The notes under the pieces were generated by a model. The model was not told the DNA's origin and searched no databases. It saw only the letters and a program-made list of their open reading frames with translations. Positions 28,679-39,242 of a stretch of 64,000 nt of DNA are shown here, in pieces (position 1 is the first letter of the stretch; every line of letters begins with the position of its first letter). A program made the position numbers and the translations under genes. Source of the DNA: an uncultured delta proteobacterium. Its GTDB lineage: Bacteria; Desulfobacterota; Binatia; Binatales; Binataceae. The DNA is taken from NCBI GenBank assembly GCA_963813785.1, contig CAWFAJ010000002.1, positions 137,815 to 201,814 on the forward strand, written 5' to 3'.

Positions 28679-31585
28679 GCGTTGGAGTCGCGGTCGGAGT
28701 AGCGGTGGCAGTTGGAGTTGCAGTCGCGGTTGCTGTGGCTGTCGCGGTTGCTGTGGCTGTCGCGCGTTGCCGACGCGGTTGGCGTCGCGGTCGCCGTTGA
28801 TCGATGCGGTCGCGGTCGGTGTTGCGCTGGCCGTTGAGTAGCGGTCTTGATCGCCTTGGGTCGCAGTCGGTGTCGCGGTCTGGTCGCCGTTGCGGTCGCG
28901 GATGCGGTCGGGGTCGCCGATGCGGTCGCGGTCGGTGTTGCGCTCGCCGTTGATGATGCCGTCGCAGTCGGTGTCGCGGTCTTGGTCGCCGTTGCAGTCG
29001 CGGATGCGGTCGCTGTCACCGTTGCCGATGCGGTCGCGGTCGGTGTTGCGCTCGCCGTTGACGTAGCGGTCTTGGTCGCCGTCGGCGTCGGAGTTGCCGT
29101 CTTGGTCGCAGTTGCCGACGCGGTTGGCGTCGGCGTGAGAGTGGCCGTGCTGGTGGCCGTCGGCGTCGCAGTGACGGTCGGGGTCGGGGTCGCTAGTGGC
29201 CTATCGTATTCGAGCACTCGGCTGTTGTTCTCATCGGCGACGTAGAGGTTGCCGCTGGTATCCACTGCAACCCCGGCGGTTGGGATAGGCTGTCGCCGCT
29301 CAGACCACCGTGGTTGGCGGTGCCCGTGGAGAAGCTGCCACCCTGCCCGAACACGCGTATCGGCGGTGGTGTCGGTCGATGAGCGGGACTGTTGTATTCG
29401 AGCACGCGGTTGTTGCCGTCGTCGGCGACGTAAAGGTTGCCGCTGGCGTCCACTGCTATCCCGCCGGGTGAGGATAGGCTGTCGGCGCTCAGCCCGCCGT
29501 TGTTGGCGGTGCCCGAGGCGAAGTTGCCGCCCTGCCCGAACACCGTATCAGCGGTCGTGTCGGTGGTGAGCGGGGTGTTGTATTCGAGCACGCGGTTGTT
29601 GACGTTGTCTGCCACGTAGAGGTTGCTGCTGGCGTCCACCGCAACCCCGGTGGGTGGAGAGGCTGTCGGCGCTCAGCCCGCCGTTGTTGCGGTCCCGAGA
29701 TGAAGCTGCCGCCCTGCCCGAATACGGTGTCGGCAGTGGTGCCGCTGGTGAGCGGGGTGTTGTATTCGAGCACGCGATTGTTGCCGTTGTCGGCTACGTA
29801 GAGGTTGCTGCTGGCGTCCACCGCAACCCCGGTTGGGAGAATTCAGACTATCTGCGCTCAGCCCGCCCTTGTTGGCAGTATTCGAGGTGAAGCTGCCGCC
29901 CTGCCCGAACACCCGATTGGCGCCCGCACCGACGCATGGGAGTGAACCGCAGCCGGCAAATGGGGTGTTGTATTCGAGCACGCGGCTGTTGTACTGGTCA
30001 GCTACGTAGAGGTTGCCGCTGGCTGTCCACTGCAACCCCTACTGGGAAGCATAGGTTGTTTGCGCTTGCGCTCGAGCCGTTGAATCGCAGTCGCCTGAGT
30101 GAAAGTCGGGCTGACCAATTACCAGGTCGGCCGCACCGCCGTTGGCGAAGGTGGTCACATCTTTGATAGCCGAGCACTCGGCTGTTATTGGTGTCCTCGA
30201 CGTAAAGGCGGTTCGGCGTCGTGCTCGCGTCAATCGCCACGGATTGGGGAGCGAAAAGGCCGCTGGCGTCGATAAAGTTTGCGCCATTGTGGGAAAAGTC
30301 GAGCTGCCCCAGCACTACATCGGCGGTGGTGTCGGTCGAAAGCGGGGTGTTGTATTCCAGCACTCGGACGTTGGGTCCGTCGGCCACGTAAAGGTTGCCG
30401 CTGGCGTCCACCGCAACCCCCACCGGATGGGACAGACTATTCGCACTCAGCCCGCCGTTGTTGGAGGTGTTCGAAGCGAAGCTGCCGCCCTGCCCGAATA
30501 CGGCATCGGCAGTGGTGCCGTTGATGAGCGGGGTGTTGTATTCGAGCACGCGGTTGTTGCCGTTGTCGGCGACATAGAGATTGCCGCTGGCGTCCACCGC
30601 AACCCCAGAGGGATAGCGATAGGCTGTTCGCGCTCAGCCCGCCCTGGTTGGGGGTACTCAAAGTGAAGTCGCCACCCTGCCCGAATACGGTATCGGCGGT
30701 GGTGCCTTTTGTGAGCGGGGTGTCGTATTCGAGCACGCGGTTGTTGGTTTCGTCGGCGACGTAGAGATTTCCGCTGGAGTCGAGTGCAACCTGTTCGGGA
30801 GAGCACAAGCTGTCGGCGCTCGTCCCGCCCTCGTCGCAGGTGCCCGTGGTGAAGTTGCCGCCCTGCCCGAACACCATATCGGCGGTGGTGTCGGTTGAAA
30901 GCGGGGTGTTGTATTCGAGGATGCGGTTGTTGCCGTTGTCGGCTATGTAGAGGTTGCCGCTGGCGTCCACCGCAAGCCCTGCGGGATGGGACAGGCTATC
31001 CGCACTCAGCCCGCCGTTGTTGGAGATGAGCGAAGTGAAACTCCCGGCTTGCCCGAACACCACATTGGCGGAGCCGCCGACACACGGAAATGAACCGCAT
31101 CCGGCGAATGGAGTATTGTATTCGAGCACGCGGTTGTTGCTCTGGTCAGCTACGTAGAGGTTGCCGCTGACGTCCACCGCAAGCCCGGCGGGTTGGGAGA
31201 GGCTTTCCGCACTCACGCCGCCGTTGTCCGAGGCGCCTGAGATGAAGTCGGGCTGTCCAATTACCAGGTCGGCGCCGCCGCCGTTGGTGAAGGTAGTTAC
31301 GTCCTTGTAGCCCAAGACCCGGTTGTTGGCGCCGTCGGCTACGTATAGGCGGTTCGGGGTCGTGCTCGTGTCAATCGCCAGGAATGCGAGACCGTTGAAA
31401 CCTTTGGCGTCGACCAGGTTTGCGATCTTGTGGGAAAAGTCGAACTGACCCAGCACCCGGTCGGCCGTGGTATCGCCCACAGCTCCCACGACCATCGCCG
31501 CGTACAGCGCGACGGTCAGCGTCCCGACTGCAAGACCCAGCACCCTGCGATTCGATGCCTTGGCGCGTACAACTCGGAAATTCAT
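28293..31585 (-). CDS. Very large secreted NHL-repeat (beta-propeller) protein. It has a Thr/Pro/Ala-rich linker and a C-terminal Ig-like (choice-of-anchor-D/ASH-like) domain. The frame is interrupted at least 5 times (near 29230, 29560, 29750, 30020 and 30520), so it is either a pseudogene or has repeat-induced assembly errors.
   Basis: Signal peptide MNFRVVRAKASNRRVLGLAVGTLTVALYA with a GGGAGG RBS. Repeats of about 61 aa (NNRVLEYNTPL.TDTTAD.VFGQGG.F....N.GGLSADSLS.P.G.AVDASGNLYVAD) with a 183-bp DNA period. Consecutive ORF-track fragments 30437..31585, 29998..30597, 29673..30035, 29489..29821, 29193..29639, 28585..29265 and 28293..28622. Confidence 0.7.
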
Positions 31586-32103
31586 CGGTCCTGCCTCCCG
31601 AACCGGGAATGGCCGCTAAATCAGCGCAAGCACGGTAAGCCGACACTAATCGCATGAAACCAGTCACAAGGCAAACCGGCGCCGCAGCGTGAGCCGCTTG
31701 GTTCAGCCAGAAAAAAGAGGGGGCCGGCCTTGTATACGCGTCGTCGGCCAACGCAGGCCGTTGCGCCTGCAAACCGACCTGTTAGGCCCTTTGACCAATC
31801 GGATGCCCTTCAAAACTTACACATAAACTTGCACATTTCCAGATGACTAAAGAATTAAAACCAATAATTTCATATGAGTTAAAGATAAACTTAAGGGACT
31901 TAAGACCGGGCGCGCACTTCGCATTTGCCCAATGCCCGGCGCCGGTGCTAATCCGATTCAGGATTGAAAATGGAAATTCCGGATGAATCAAGTTCAGAGA
32001 CTTATCCGGGTGAACTGCGCGTAGCTCTTAGTGCGCGATAGAGCGCCGCTGGACCGATGCGGCGCTGAGCAGGATCGATAATCGTGAAAGGACCGGACGC
32101 GCC

Positions 32104-33027
32104 GTGACATCGCTCGCGAGCGCATACACGCCATCGCCAGAGTGGAGCGCGTTTCGCGACTACCCCGGCAATCCGCTGATCGAACCGCACTGGCCCGAGT
32201 GGATCATCGCGGACCCGACGGTGCTTTCTCCGGAGGTGACGCCGGACGGGCGCTGGCACTTGTTCGCGAACGGGCTTAGGGGGATCTACCACTTCACGAG
32301 CGCGGACGGCTTGACCTGGACGCGCGGGAGCCACGCTCTGTTCGGCGGGATGCGGCCGTGCGTACGGCGCGTCGGCGACCGCTTTCTGCTCTTCTACGAG
32401 CACTACCTGAGCTTGCGCCGCTCGGTCGTGGAGCTGCGCACGTCAAGCGACCTGGTCTCGTGGAGCGCGCCCCGCATCGTTCTCGAGCCCTCGCTGGCGT
32501 GGGAGGGCCGAATGCCGGCGGCGACCGGCAACCCGTGCCTCGTCGAGGGGCGATCGGCCTTCATTCTGTACTACAGCGCCGCCGCGGTCTTCCTCAGGGA
32601 TTGCATGTTCATCGAGCCGCGTTACGTGGGCGTGGCCGAGGGCGACTCGCCGGAGGGGCCGTTTCGCAAGCGCGCGCAGCCGATCCTGTCGCCCTCGCGC
32701 GACGATCCGTATCGCAACCTCGGTGCGGGCGCGATCAAGGTCTTCCGCGACGGCGACGGCTTCGTGGGCCTCCAGAACGGGATCTACCGGGACGCCACGG
32801 GCGCGACCGGCTCGGCGATCCTGCTGCTGGCGTCGGCGGACGGCTTCGCATGGACGCAAGTGGATCCTGAGCCGATCATCAGGCCGGAAGGGAGCGGGTG
32901 GAAGCGCGCGTTCGTCTATCAGCTCGACGTCGCGCGCAGCGGCCGAGAGCTACGCCTTTACTACAACGCCCGGAGCGGCTGGTTCCTCGGCGCCGAGAGG
33001 ATCGGCGTGGCGATCGCGTCGACATAG
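32104..33027 (+). CDS. Five-bladed beta-propeller glycoside-hydrolase-like protein (GH43/GH130/DUF377-like).
   Basis: Motifs DPTVL, GRWHLFANG and YHFTSADGLTW suggest the GH43-like propeller superfamily. Assignment by memory only. Confidence 0.5.
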   Translation: MTSLASAYTPSPEWSAFRDYPGNPLIEPHWPEWIIADPTVLSPEVTPDGRWHLFANGLRGIYHFTSADGLTWTRGSHALFGGMRPCVRRVGDRFLLFYEHYLSLRRSVVELRTSSDLVSWSAPRIVLEPSLAWEGRMPAATGNPCLVEGRSAFILYYSAAAVFLRDCMFIEPRYVGVAEGDSPEGPFRKRAQPILSPSRDDPYRNLGAGAIKVFRDGDGFVGLQNGIYRDATGATGSAILLLASADGFAWTQVDPEPIIRPEGSGWKRAFVYQLDVARSGRELRLYYNARSGWFLGAERIGVAIAST

Positions 33028-33129
33028 TCGCGCTGCCCGGTCGCGGTCCGTAGCTGCGTCATCGGCCCATTTCGCGCCGGTAAGAGCTATGCGCAAGGAG
33101 TCCTAGTCCGCGATCCGACACTCGAAAGG

Positions 33130-33256
33130 CAGGGGTGACCCCTGCACCCAATGTTAAGACCGCCCGCCGTTGGCGGGCGCGGCATGAAGGAAGAATCACC
33201 TGCGCGGTGGGCGGCAGGGGCTGCAGCCCCTGCACCCGCAGTGAGAAGACGCGATG
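33130..33256. repeat. REP/MITE-like element, copy 3. Left hairpin GCAGGGGTGACCCCTGCACCC, right hairpin GGCAGGGGCTGCAGCCCCTGCACCCGCAGTGAGAAGACGCG.
   Basis: Perfect palindromes CAGGGGTGACCCCTG and CAGGGGCTGCAGCCCCTG. The right 40-mer recurs at 34018-34058. Confidence 0.6.
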
Positions 33257-33299
33257 GAAGAGTCGCGGGCGGGAAAGGGGCGCTAGAGGCGTTGAACTC

Positions 33300-33950
33300 C
33301 TAGAGGCGGACTTCGGTGAGGCCGCGGACGGAATTGCCGAGAAAAATGCGATCGGCCGACGCAAGGTCCGCCACCGTCAGCACGCATTCACGCGTGGGAA
33401 TCGCCTGACTATCGAGCATCCATTTTCGCAGCGTGCCGTCCAGCAGCCCGCATTCGAGCGGCGGCGTAAGGATAGCCGCACCGCGCTGAATAAACACGTT
33501 GGTGCGCGCGCCTTCGGTAACTTCGGCGCGTTCGTTGACGAAGATTACGTCGAAGCATCCGGTGCGCGCCGACCAGGTCCTAAGCTCGGAGTCGTACAAG
33601 GCGCGCCGGGTCGTCTTATGGCGCAAGATAGGATCCGCGCTCGAAACCGCAATGGCGGAAATCACCGCGCGTGGGATAGGTTCCTTGTGACCGGGTGGTT
33701 CGATTGGGGCAGCGGATACCGATAGCATACCGTCCGGCGCCAGTCTCAGTCGAATTTTCCAGAACGGCTCGGCGGACAGGTTACCAGCGGATCCTAGCAG
33801 GGTGCGGGTGACCTCGCCCAAGTCACACGGGAAACCCAAGCATCCCGCCGACGACGCGAGGCGCCGCAAATGGTATTGCAGGAGCATATAGCCGGACGAC
33901 CTCGTCCAGAGCATGCTTTCAATCAGGCTGAATTCCACGTCTGTGGCCAT
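33300..33950 (-). CDS. pabC: Aminodeoxychorismate lyase (class IV aminotransferase fold).
   Basis: 216-aa class-IV aminotransferase-like protein immediately downstream of the fused pabAB. Confidence 0.7.
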   Translation of the reverse strand: MATDVEFSLIESMLWTRSSGYMLLQYHLRRLASSAGCLGFPCDLGEVTRTLLGSAGNLSAEPFWKIRLRLAPDGMLSVSAAPIEPPGHKEPIPRAVISAIAVSSADPILRHKTTRRALYDSELRTWSARTGCFDVIFVNERAEVTEGARTNVFIQRGAAILTPPLECGLLDGTLRKWMLDSQAIPTRECVLTVADLASADRIFLGNSVRGLTEVRL

Positions 33951-34017
33951 CGCCTTTCACCCGAGAGCTGGAGAACTTAATTGTATGCGAAACCCACCGT
34001 GGGTTTCACACTTCCCT

Positions 34018-34060
34018 GGGCAGGGGCTGCAGCCCCTGCACCCGCAGTGAGAAGACGCGA
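34018..34060. repeat. REP-like hairpin unit, copy 4 (GGCAGGGGCTGCAGCCCCTGCACCCGCAGTGAGAAGACGCG), a direct repeat of 33215-33256.
   Basis: 40/40 identity with the right arm of copy 3. Together they bracket pabC. Confidence 0.6.
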
Positions 34061-34305
34061 AAATCTGCGCAACGCATCTTTTCGCGACTACGCGAGGGAA
34101 CAGCGCTGCACCCGGTGAAAGGTGAAAAGTGAAGATGCGGGACTTCGTCCCTGTTAGAGGGGTTTATCAGAAAAGAAGATCGCGCGTCCGTTGTTTGTGT
34201 CCTCACGAGCGCAGGGAAAAAGATCCGGGGTCCCTCGACTTCGCAGACTTCGCTCGGGATGAGGGATCAAGAACGTGAAGACAGAATGACATGCGCACGG
34301 CTCTT

Positions 34306-36396
34306 TCACTCGCGGGTCAGTGCGATTGCGCGCAGCGGCGCCTGAGCCTTCAGCATCGCCTCCTCGAGTTCGCGCGCGGGTTGCGAGCCGACCACGATGG
34401 CGCCGCCGACGCCGATCGAAATCGCGCCGTCGGCGACTACGATGGTGCGTATAACGATTGAAAAATCCGCGGCGCCGGAAATCGAAAGGAAGCCCAGAGC
34501 GCCGGAGTAAATTCCCCGCGCATTGTTCTCAAGGCGATCGATGATCTCCATGGTGCGAAGTTTCGGCGCGCCGGTCATCGAACCGCCCGGAAACGCGGCC
34601 CTCAAGCAGTCGATCGCGGTCACTCCCGGCCGCAGGCATCCGCGCACCGTGCTCACCAACTGATGGACGGTGGCGTAGCTCTCGACTTCCATCAGGCGGG
34701 GCACCTCGACCGTGCCGATCTTGCAGACGCGGCCCAGATCGTTGCGGATCAAGTCCACGATCATGAGGTTCTCGGCGCGCTCCTTTTCGCTGGATTGCAG
34801 GGCGCGGCGCAGGCGCTCGTCGTCGGCAGGGGTGCGGCCGCGCGGGGCGGTGCCCTTTATCGGCCGCGATTCGACATTGCCGGCGCAATCGATTTTGACA
34901 AAGCGCTCGGGCGACGCGCTCAGGATCGACAGGCCCGGAAAACGGAGAAAGGCGGCGTAGGGCGCGGGGTTGATCGCGCGCAGGAGGTTGTAAGTGGCGA
35001 TCGGGTCGATTCGCGCCTGCGGAAATATTTTGTTGGTCAGGCAGATTTCGTAGGATTCGCCGCGGCGCAGCTCGCGCAGGCATCGTTCGATCAGTTCCAG
35101 GTACTCCGGCGGCGAATGCTGATAGCGCATCGGGATCGCGATCTCCGGGTGGGCGAACGCGGGCGCGGCAGGACTGGCCGGGAGGCGGCGCAGATGCGCC
35201 TCGATCGTATCGAACCATCGCTCGCTTTCCTCGGGACTATCTCCGATGGGCGCCAGGCAGACCAAATAGGTGACGGCGGCCAGATGATCGATCGCGATCA
35301 GCCGGTCGGCGAATAGGAAGTACGCATCGGGAGTGGCCGACTTGCAGGCGAAGCCGGCGCCGCATTCCCGTTTCAGTTCATAGCCAAGGTAGCCAACAAA
35401 GCCGCAGGTAAAATCAAAGGGCAGATCGGCGGGAGCAATGCGCACCTGCTCGATAAATTCCCGCAGGTACTCAAACACACTCTGCTCGATCCGGCGGATA
35501 CCTGATGAATCGGCGATGGTAAGTGTACCATCGTGAGTATCGTATAGGACTCTGAAACTGTAAGGACCAGAATCATCGCCCAGGAAGGAGAAGCGCGACA
35601 GGCCGGGAGCTATAAGACTGCTATCGAGCCAGAATGCGCTTGGCGAACGGCTATAAGACCCGGCAAACACAGCTTGCGCGTCGGGACAGATATCGAGACG
35701 TCGCGAGCGAAGCTGAAACTTCGGATGGCGATGCGCGGCCGGCTCGGCGGGCGGCCGGAGGGCGGACTTTGCGGGCGGAGAAGACGGCTGGGGATGGCGT
35801 TTGTGGGTCTGTTTGAAGGAATGGGACAGGTCGCGAAAATTCGCCAATATCCGATGGCCATAGTCGCTGCAGATCGATTCGGGATGAAATTGAATGCCCC
35901 AGATCGGCCGATCCTCGTGGCGTAGGCCCATGACTACGCCGTCGGCGGTCCAGGCAATTGCCGTCAAGGGAGCATCGATGGGAGGCATGACGCATAGCGA
36001 ATGATAGCGGACGGCAGAAAAGGGGGAAGGCACGCCCGCGAACAGAGGATCGCCACGGTGATAGACCTGGGCGACCCGGCCGTGCATCGGCTCCGGCGCC
36101 AGCGCGACGGCGGCGCCAAAGACATCGCCGATTCCCTGATGACCGATGCAGACACCGAGGATCGGCGCCGTGGCGAACAGGATCGCGTCGCGGGAGACGC
36201 CAAAGTCGCGATGGTTTTGAGGGCGTCCGGGCCCGGGCGAAATAACGATGTTGTCGAAGCGGTAATTTTTCAGATCATCCCAGGCAAGCTGATCGTTCTT
36301 TATGACGATGGGTTCTTTCCCGTTAACCTGCGCGATGAGCTGGAACAGGTTGAAGGTGAAAGAGTCGTAGTTATCGATCAGAAGAGTTTGAATCAT
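34306..36396 (-). CDS. pabAB: Fused para-aminobenzoate synthase (N-terminal glutamine amidotransferase PabA plus C-terminal aminodeoxychorismate synthase PabB).
   Basis: GATase motifs GVCIGHQ and GIQFHPES, then a chorismate-binding domain (PIKGTAPRG...GGSMTGAPK). Start MIQTLLIDNYDSF at 36396; the ORF extends to 36468. Confidence 0.85.
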   Translation of the reverse strand: MIQTLLIDNYDSFTFNLFQLIAQVNGKEPIVIKNDQLAWDDLKNYRFDNIVISPGPGRPQNHRDFGVSRDAILFATAPILGVCIGHQGIGDVFGAAVALAPEPMHGRVAQVYHRGDPLFAGVPSPFSAVRYHSLCVMPPIDAPLTAIAWTADGVVMGLRHEDRPIWGIQFHPESICSDYGHRILANFRDLSHSFKQTHKRHPQPSSPPAKSALRPPAEPAAHRHPKFQLRSRRLDICPDAQAVFAGSYSRSPSAFWLDSSLIAPGLSRFSFLGDDSGPYSFRVLYDTHDGTLTIADSSGIRRIEQSVFEYLREFIEQVRIAPADLPFDFTCGFVGYLGYELKRECGAGFACKSATPDAYFLFADRLIAIDHLAAVTYLVCLAPIGDSPEESERWFDTIEAHLRRLPASPAAPAFAHPEIAIPMRYQHSPPEYLELIERCLRELRRGESYEICLTNKIFPQARIDPIATYNLLRAINPAPYAAFLRFPGLSILSASPERFVKIDCAGNVESRPIKGTAPRGRTPADDERLRRALQSSEKERAENLMIVDLIRNDLGRVCKIGTVEVPRLMEVESYATVHQLVSTVRGCLRPGVTAIDCLRAAFPGGSMTGAPKLRTMEIIDRLENNARGIYSGALGFLSISGAADFSIVIRTIVVADGAISIGVGGAIVVGSQPARELEEAMLKAQAPLRAIALTRE

Positions 36397-36651
36397 TTCG
36401 CGCGCCACTGATATTGCATCCGCTCCCACCGAAAATGAAAGCATCGATCGCAAAGCATCGGGAGGCAAGGCATCGATCGGCGTGGTGGACTGCCGGGGCC
36501 GGTCTGGGCGGACCGAAGCCGGGTTGCGGCTTGCGGAAGGTGGCTGTTCGGTCTACAAGGATCAAAGAGGCAAAGAGGGAATCGCAGGTTGTTGTTTTTT
36601 AGCTAAGGTCGATCAGGGAACAATTTAGCGCTTGGCCTTCAGGAGGAAGAC

Positions 36652-37158
36652 ATGAAACCAGGACTCCGCATCGCGGTTGCTGCTGCCAGTATGCTTGTAT
36701 TGAGTTGTTGGTCATTGACGGCGCACGCCGAGGATAGCAAGTACACCGTCAAGACGGGCTATCTGACTTGTCACGAAGCGTCGGGATGGGGATTCGTGTT
36801 CGGATCTTCGCGCGACCTCAGATGCTCATACTCGTCCAATGGCGGAAGAACCGAATACTACAGCGGAAGCGTCTCGAAGTTCGGCGCAGATATCGGCTAT
36901 CTCAAGTCGTCGGTGATCTTGTGGGCGGTCGCCGCGACGACCAAGGATATCAAGCCCGGAGCACTGGCCGGGCACTACGGCGGTGTGACCGCGAGCGTTA
37001 CGCTTGGTGCAGGTGGGGGCGCAAACGTCCTGGTCGGAGGCTTCGATCAGTCGATTGCGCTTCAGCCGGTATCAGTCGAAGGGCAGAACGGACTGAACGT
37101 CGCGGCCGGAGTCGCGGAGCTCACGCTCAAGTACCGGGGCGAGAAAGAACCGCGCTGA
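36652..37158 (+). CDS. DUF992-like secreted protein.
   Basis: Signal peptide plus GYLTCHEASGWGFVFGSSRDLRC...KFGADIGY...ILWAV, resembling DUF992. Assignment by memory only. Confidence 0.55.
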   Translation: MKPGLRIAVAAASMLVLSCWSLTAHAEDSKYTVKTGYLTCHEASGWGFVFGSSRDLRCSYSSNGGRTEYYSGSVSKFGADIGYLKSSVILWAVAATTKDIKPGALAGHYGGVTASVTLGAGGGANVLVGGFDQSIALQPVSVEGQNGLNVAAGVAELTLKYRGEKEPR

Positions 37159-37191
37159 ACAATCCTGCCAACGCACGCGAGATCAAGCTGT

Positions 37192-37225
37192 AACGGGCGC
37201 GCGCCGCATTGGACGCGCGCCCGTT
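37192..37225. terminator. GC-rich perfect 12-bp inverted repeat (AACGGGCGCGCG-N10-CGCGCGCCCGTT) between convergent genes; possible bidirectional terminator without a U-tract.
   Basis: Read directly. No T-run on either side, hence low confidence. Confidence 0.35.
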
Positions 37226-37235
37226 GCTTGCCGAT

Positions 37236-38924
37236 CTAGCGGTGATGAACCGGCTCCCCGGTGCTCGGATCGAGTAACAGCACGTCGTTGCCATTGTTCG
37301 GATGGTGGCTGAAGTCGAACATGTTGTCGAGAGAACCCGCGAGCGCGTCAAAGGAACCATTTCCGATCCGACCGAGGCTCCAGTTGTCCTCGATGAAGCG
37401 CACGATCGAGCTCTGATCGCTCAGCCCATGATCGACAAAGTTCTGCTTCGCATACGGGGAGACGACCAAAAGCGGAATCCGGGGACCGTAGCCACAGCGC
37501 CCCTCGATCACGTTGTCGTTGTTGTCCTTCAAGGGTATGCCGTTGCCGCATTTGCCAAAGCCGTTCAAGTTGTCGCTGTATTGCGTTTCGGCAGTAGAAC
37601 TGGAGGAATTGCTCTCCGCCGATGGGTTCACGATCGGGTTCATCTGATGGTCGTACCAGCCGTCGGAATCGTCCCATGTGACAAAGATCGCCGTATCTTT
37701 CCAGAACCCTGACTGTTCGATCGCGTTGACTACGTTGACCACGAATTGCTGCTCCAGCAGTGGATCGGAATAGCCGGCGTGACCATCCATGTTTGCGGGA
37801 GCTTTCAGGTAGCTCACTGCCGGCAGGTTGCCCACATTCAGGGCATCGAAAAAATCATGGATGTCATACTCGTGGTTCGCCTTGTCCGCTCCAGTGAAGT
37901 ACTTGCTCGGCGGCACGCCCGGACGGGTATGGGTGGGGTTGGCAGTCGAAGCCCAATACTGGAACCACGCATGATGCGGAATATAGTCCTTCGTGAAATT
38001 ATTCGCGGGTGGAGGAACCGTCGTACTGTTGGCCGGCGTGGCGGGGCTGGAACGGTCGCATCCGGTTGTCAAATTGGGATTCTTGACCGTCAGGTCGAAA
38101 CCGCCCATGAACGAGCCCCAGCTCAACCCCTGCGCGTTGAGCAAGTCGCCGATGTTCTTGCCGCCCATCTGGATGGTGGTGCCGGTTGTGGTGCTGGCGG
38201 AACAGAGGTCTCCGGTGGGATCGAGATCGCCGACGATTGCGCCACCACCCGGGTTGCTCACGATCTTGGGACTCGATAGGCCGGTCGGGGTCACTGGATA
38301 GGTGTTGCCGGCGACCACATTGAGCGCGCCTGGAGTGGAGGGGCCGAAAGTGGTGCCGAAGAAATCATCCGACATCGCGAAGTTCTGCGCGTAATTCCAC
38401 AACGCGGTGACGGTGTTCCCGTCGAAGTAACCCATCACCACACTGTCATTCTGTCCGTACGTATAGAATGGATTACAAAAGGATTCCGACCCGGTGTATA
38501 GCGGGAAGGCGTCCATCAGACCCTGGTCGAAGGCTAACTGTTCAGCGCCGTAGTTATGATCCTGATCGCAGGTCGAGGCCTCAGCATGGCCCAGGCGAAA
38601 CGGGTTGATCGCGGAACTGTCGGAAGTATTGTTGCTCGGGTTGCTGAAGTTTGGATTGTTCGTGAGCAGACTGGCGCTCAGCCCGTTGACCGTGGGCGTG
38701 CCGTCGGCCGCGTAAAACGGAGAGCCGTCCGTGTTTGCAGCCGCGGGATAGGTCGCGAAGTAGTGATCGAAGGAAACGTTCTCCTGAAAGATCACTACCA
38801 CGTGCTTGATGGGCGTGGCGGTGGGCGGCCCTTCCGGCGGAGGGCCGAAGGCAGCCCCCGAACCCTGCTGGATGAGCAGGCCCACGAGGCCCATTGCAAC
38901 GGACCGCGCGATTTTTTTTCGCAT
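37236..38924 (-). CDS. Phosphoesterase-family protein (non-haemolytic phospholipase C / acid phosphatase AcpA type), secreted.
   Basis: VIFQENVSFDHYFATYP and HAWFQYW-type motifs. Start MRKKIARSVAMGLVGLL with a GAGGAGG RBS; the ORF extends to 38963. Confidence 0.8.
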   Translation of the reverse strand: MRKKIARSVAMGLVGLLIQQGSGAAFGPPPEGPPTATPIKHVVVIFQENVSFDHYFATYPAAANTDGSPFYAADGTPTVNGLSASLLTNNPNFSNPSNNTSDSSAINPFRLGHAEASTCDQDHNYGAEQLAFDQGLMDAFPLYTGSESFCNPFYTYGQNDSVVMGYFDGNTVTALWNYAQNFAMSDDFFGTTFGPSTPGALNVVAGNTYPVTPTGLSSPKIVSNPGGGAIVGDLDPTGDLCSASTTTGTTIQMGGKNIGDLLNAQGLSWGSFMGGFDLTVKNPNLTTGCDRSSPATPANSTTVPPPANNFTKDYIPHHAWFQYWASTANPTHTRPGVPPSKYFTGADKANHEYDIHDFFDALNVGNLPAVSYLKAPANMDGHAGYSDPLLEQQFVVNVVNAIEQSGFWKDTAIFVTWDDSDGWYDHQMNPIVNPSAESNSSSSTAETQYSDNLNGFGKCGNGIPLKDNNDNVIEGRCGYGPRIPLLVVSPYAKQNFVDHGLSDQSSIVRFIEDNWSLGRIGNGSFDALAGSLDNMFDFSHHPNNGNDVLLLDPSTGEPVHHR

Positions 38925-39242
38925 TCTATTGTCCTCCTCGTTTGATTGATGCGGCCGATGCAAAATTTCGGCAGCGTCGGGAGGATAGAGAATGCTGATT
39001 ACCCGGCGATTAGAGTGAGATTAATTCGTGCGAGTTTCACGTGAAGCCGCGATTAAGCTTCCGAGATCGGGAGATCGCGCAGTCATTAACGCTTGGCGAT
39101 CCGAACCTTTCATCCGACGCCGCTTCTTACGCTGGCCGTGGCCAACGGTATCGCTCAAGCGCCGTTTGCGTGCGATACGACCGGCGTTGTAATGAATCAA
39201 TTGCATCTGCCCGCACGGATTGCGCGTACAAGGAGATTCACA

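Noticed and set aside
31600-32100. AT-rich 500-bp intergenic region between the divergent NHL-protein and GH-like genes, considered for a small RNA or mobile-element end
   Set aside because: No inverted repeats, tRNA-like structure or ORF. It is most simply a pair of divergent AT-rich promoters, and there is no positive evidence for more.
37192-37225. GC-rich hairpin considered as a Rho-independent terminator
   Set aside because: It is kept only as a low-confidence feature. It lacks a U-tract on both strands, so classical intrinsic termination is doubtful.
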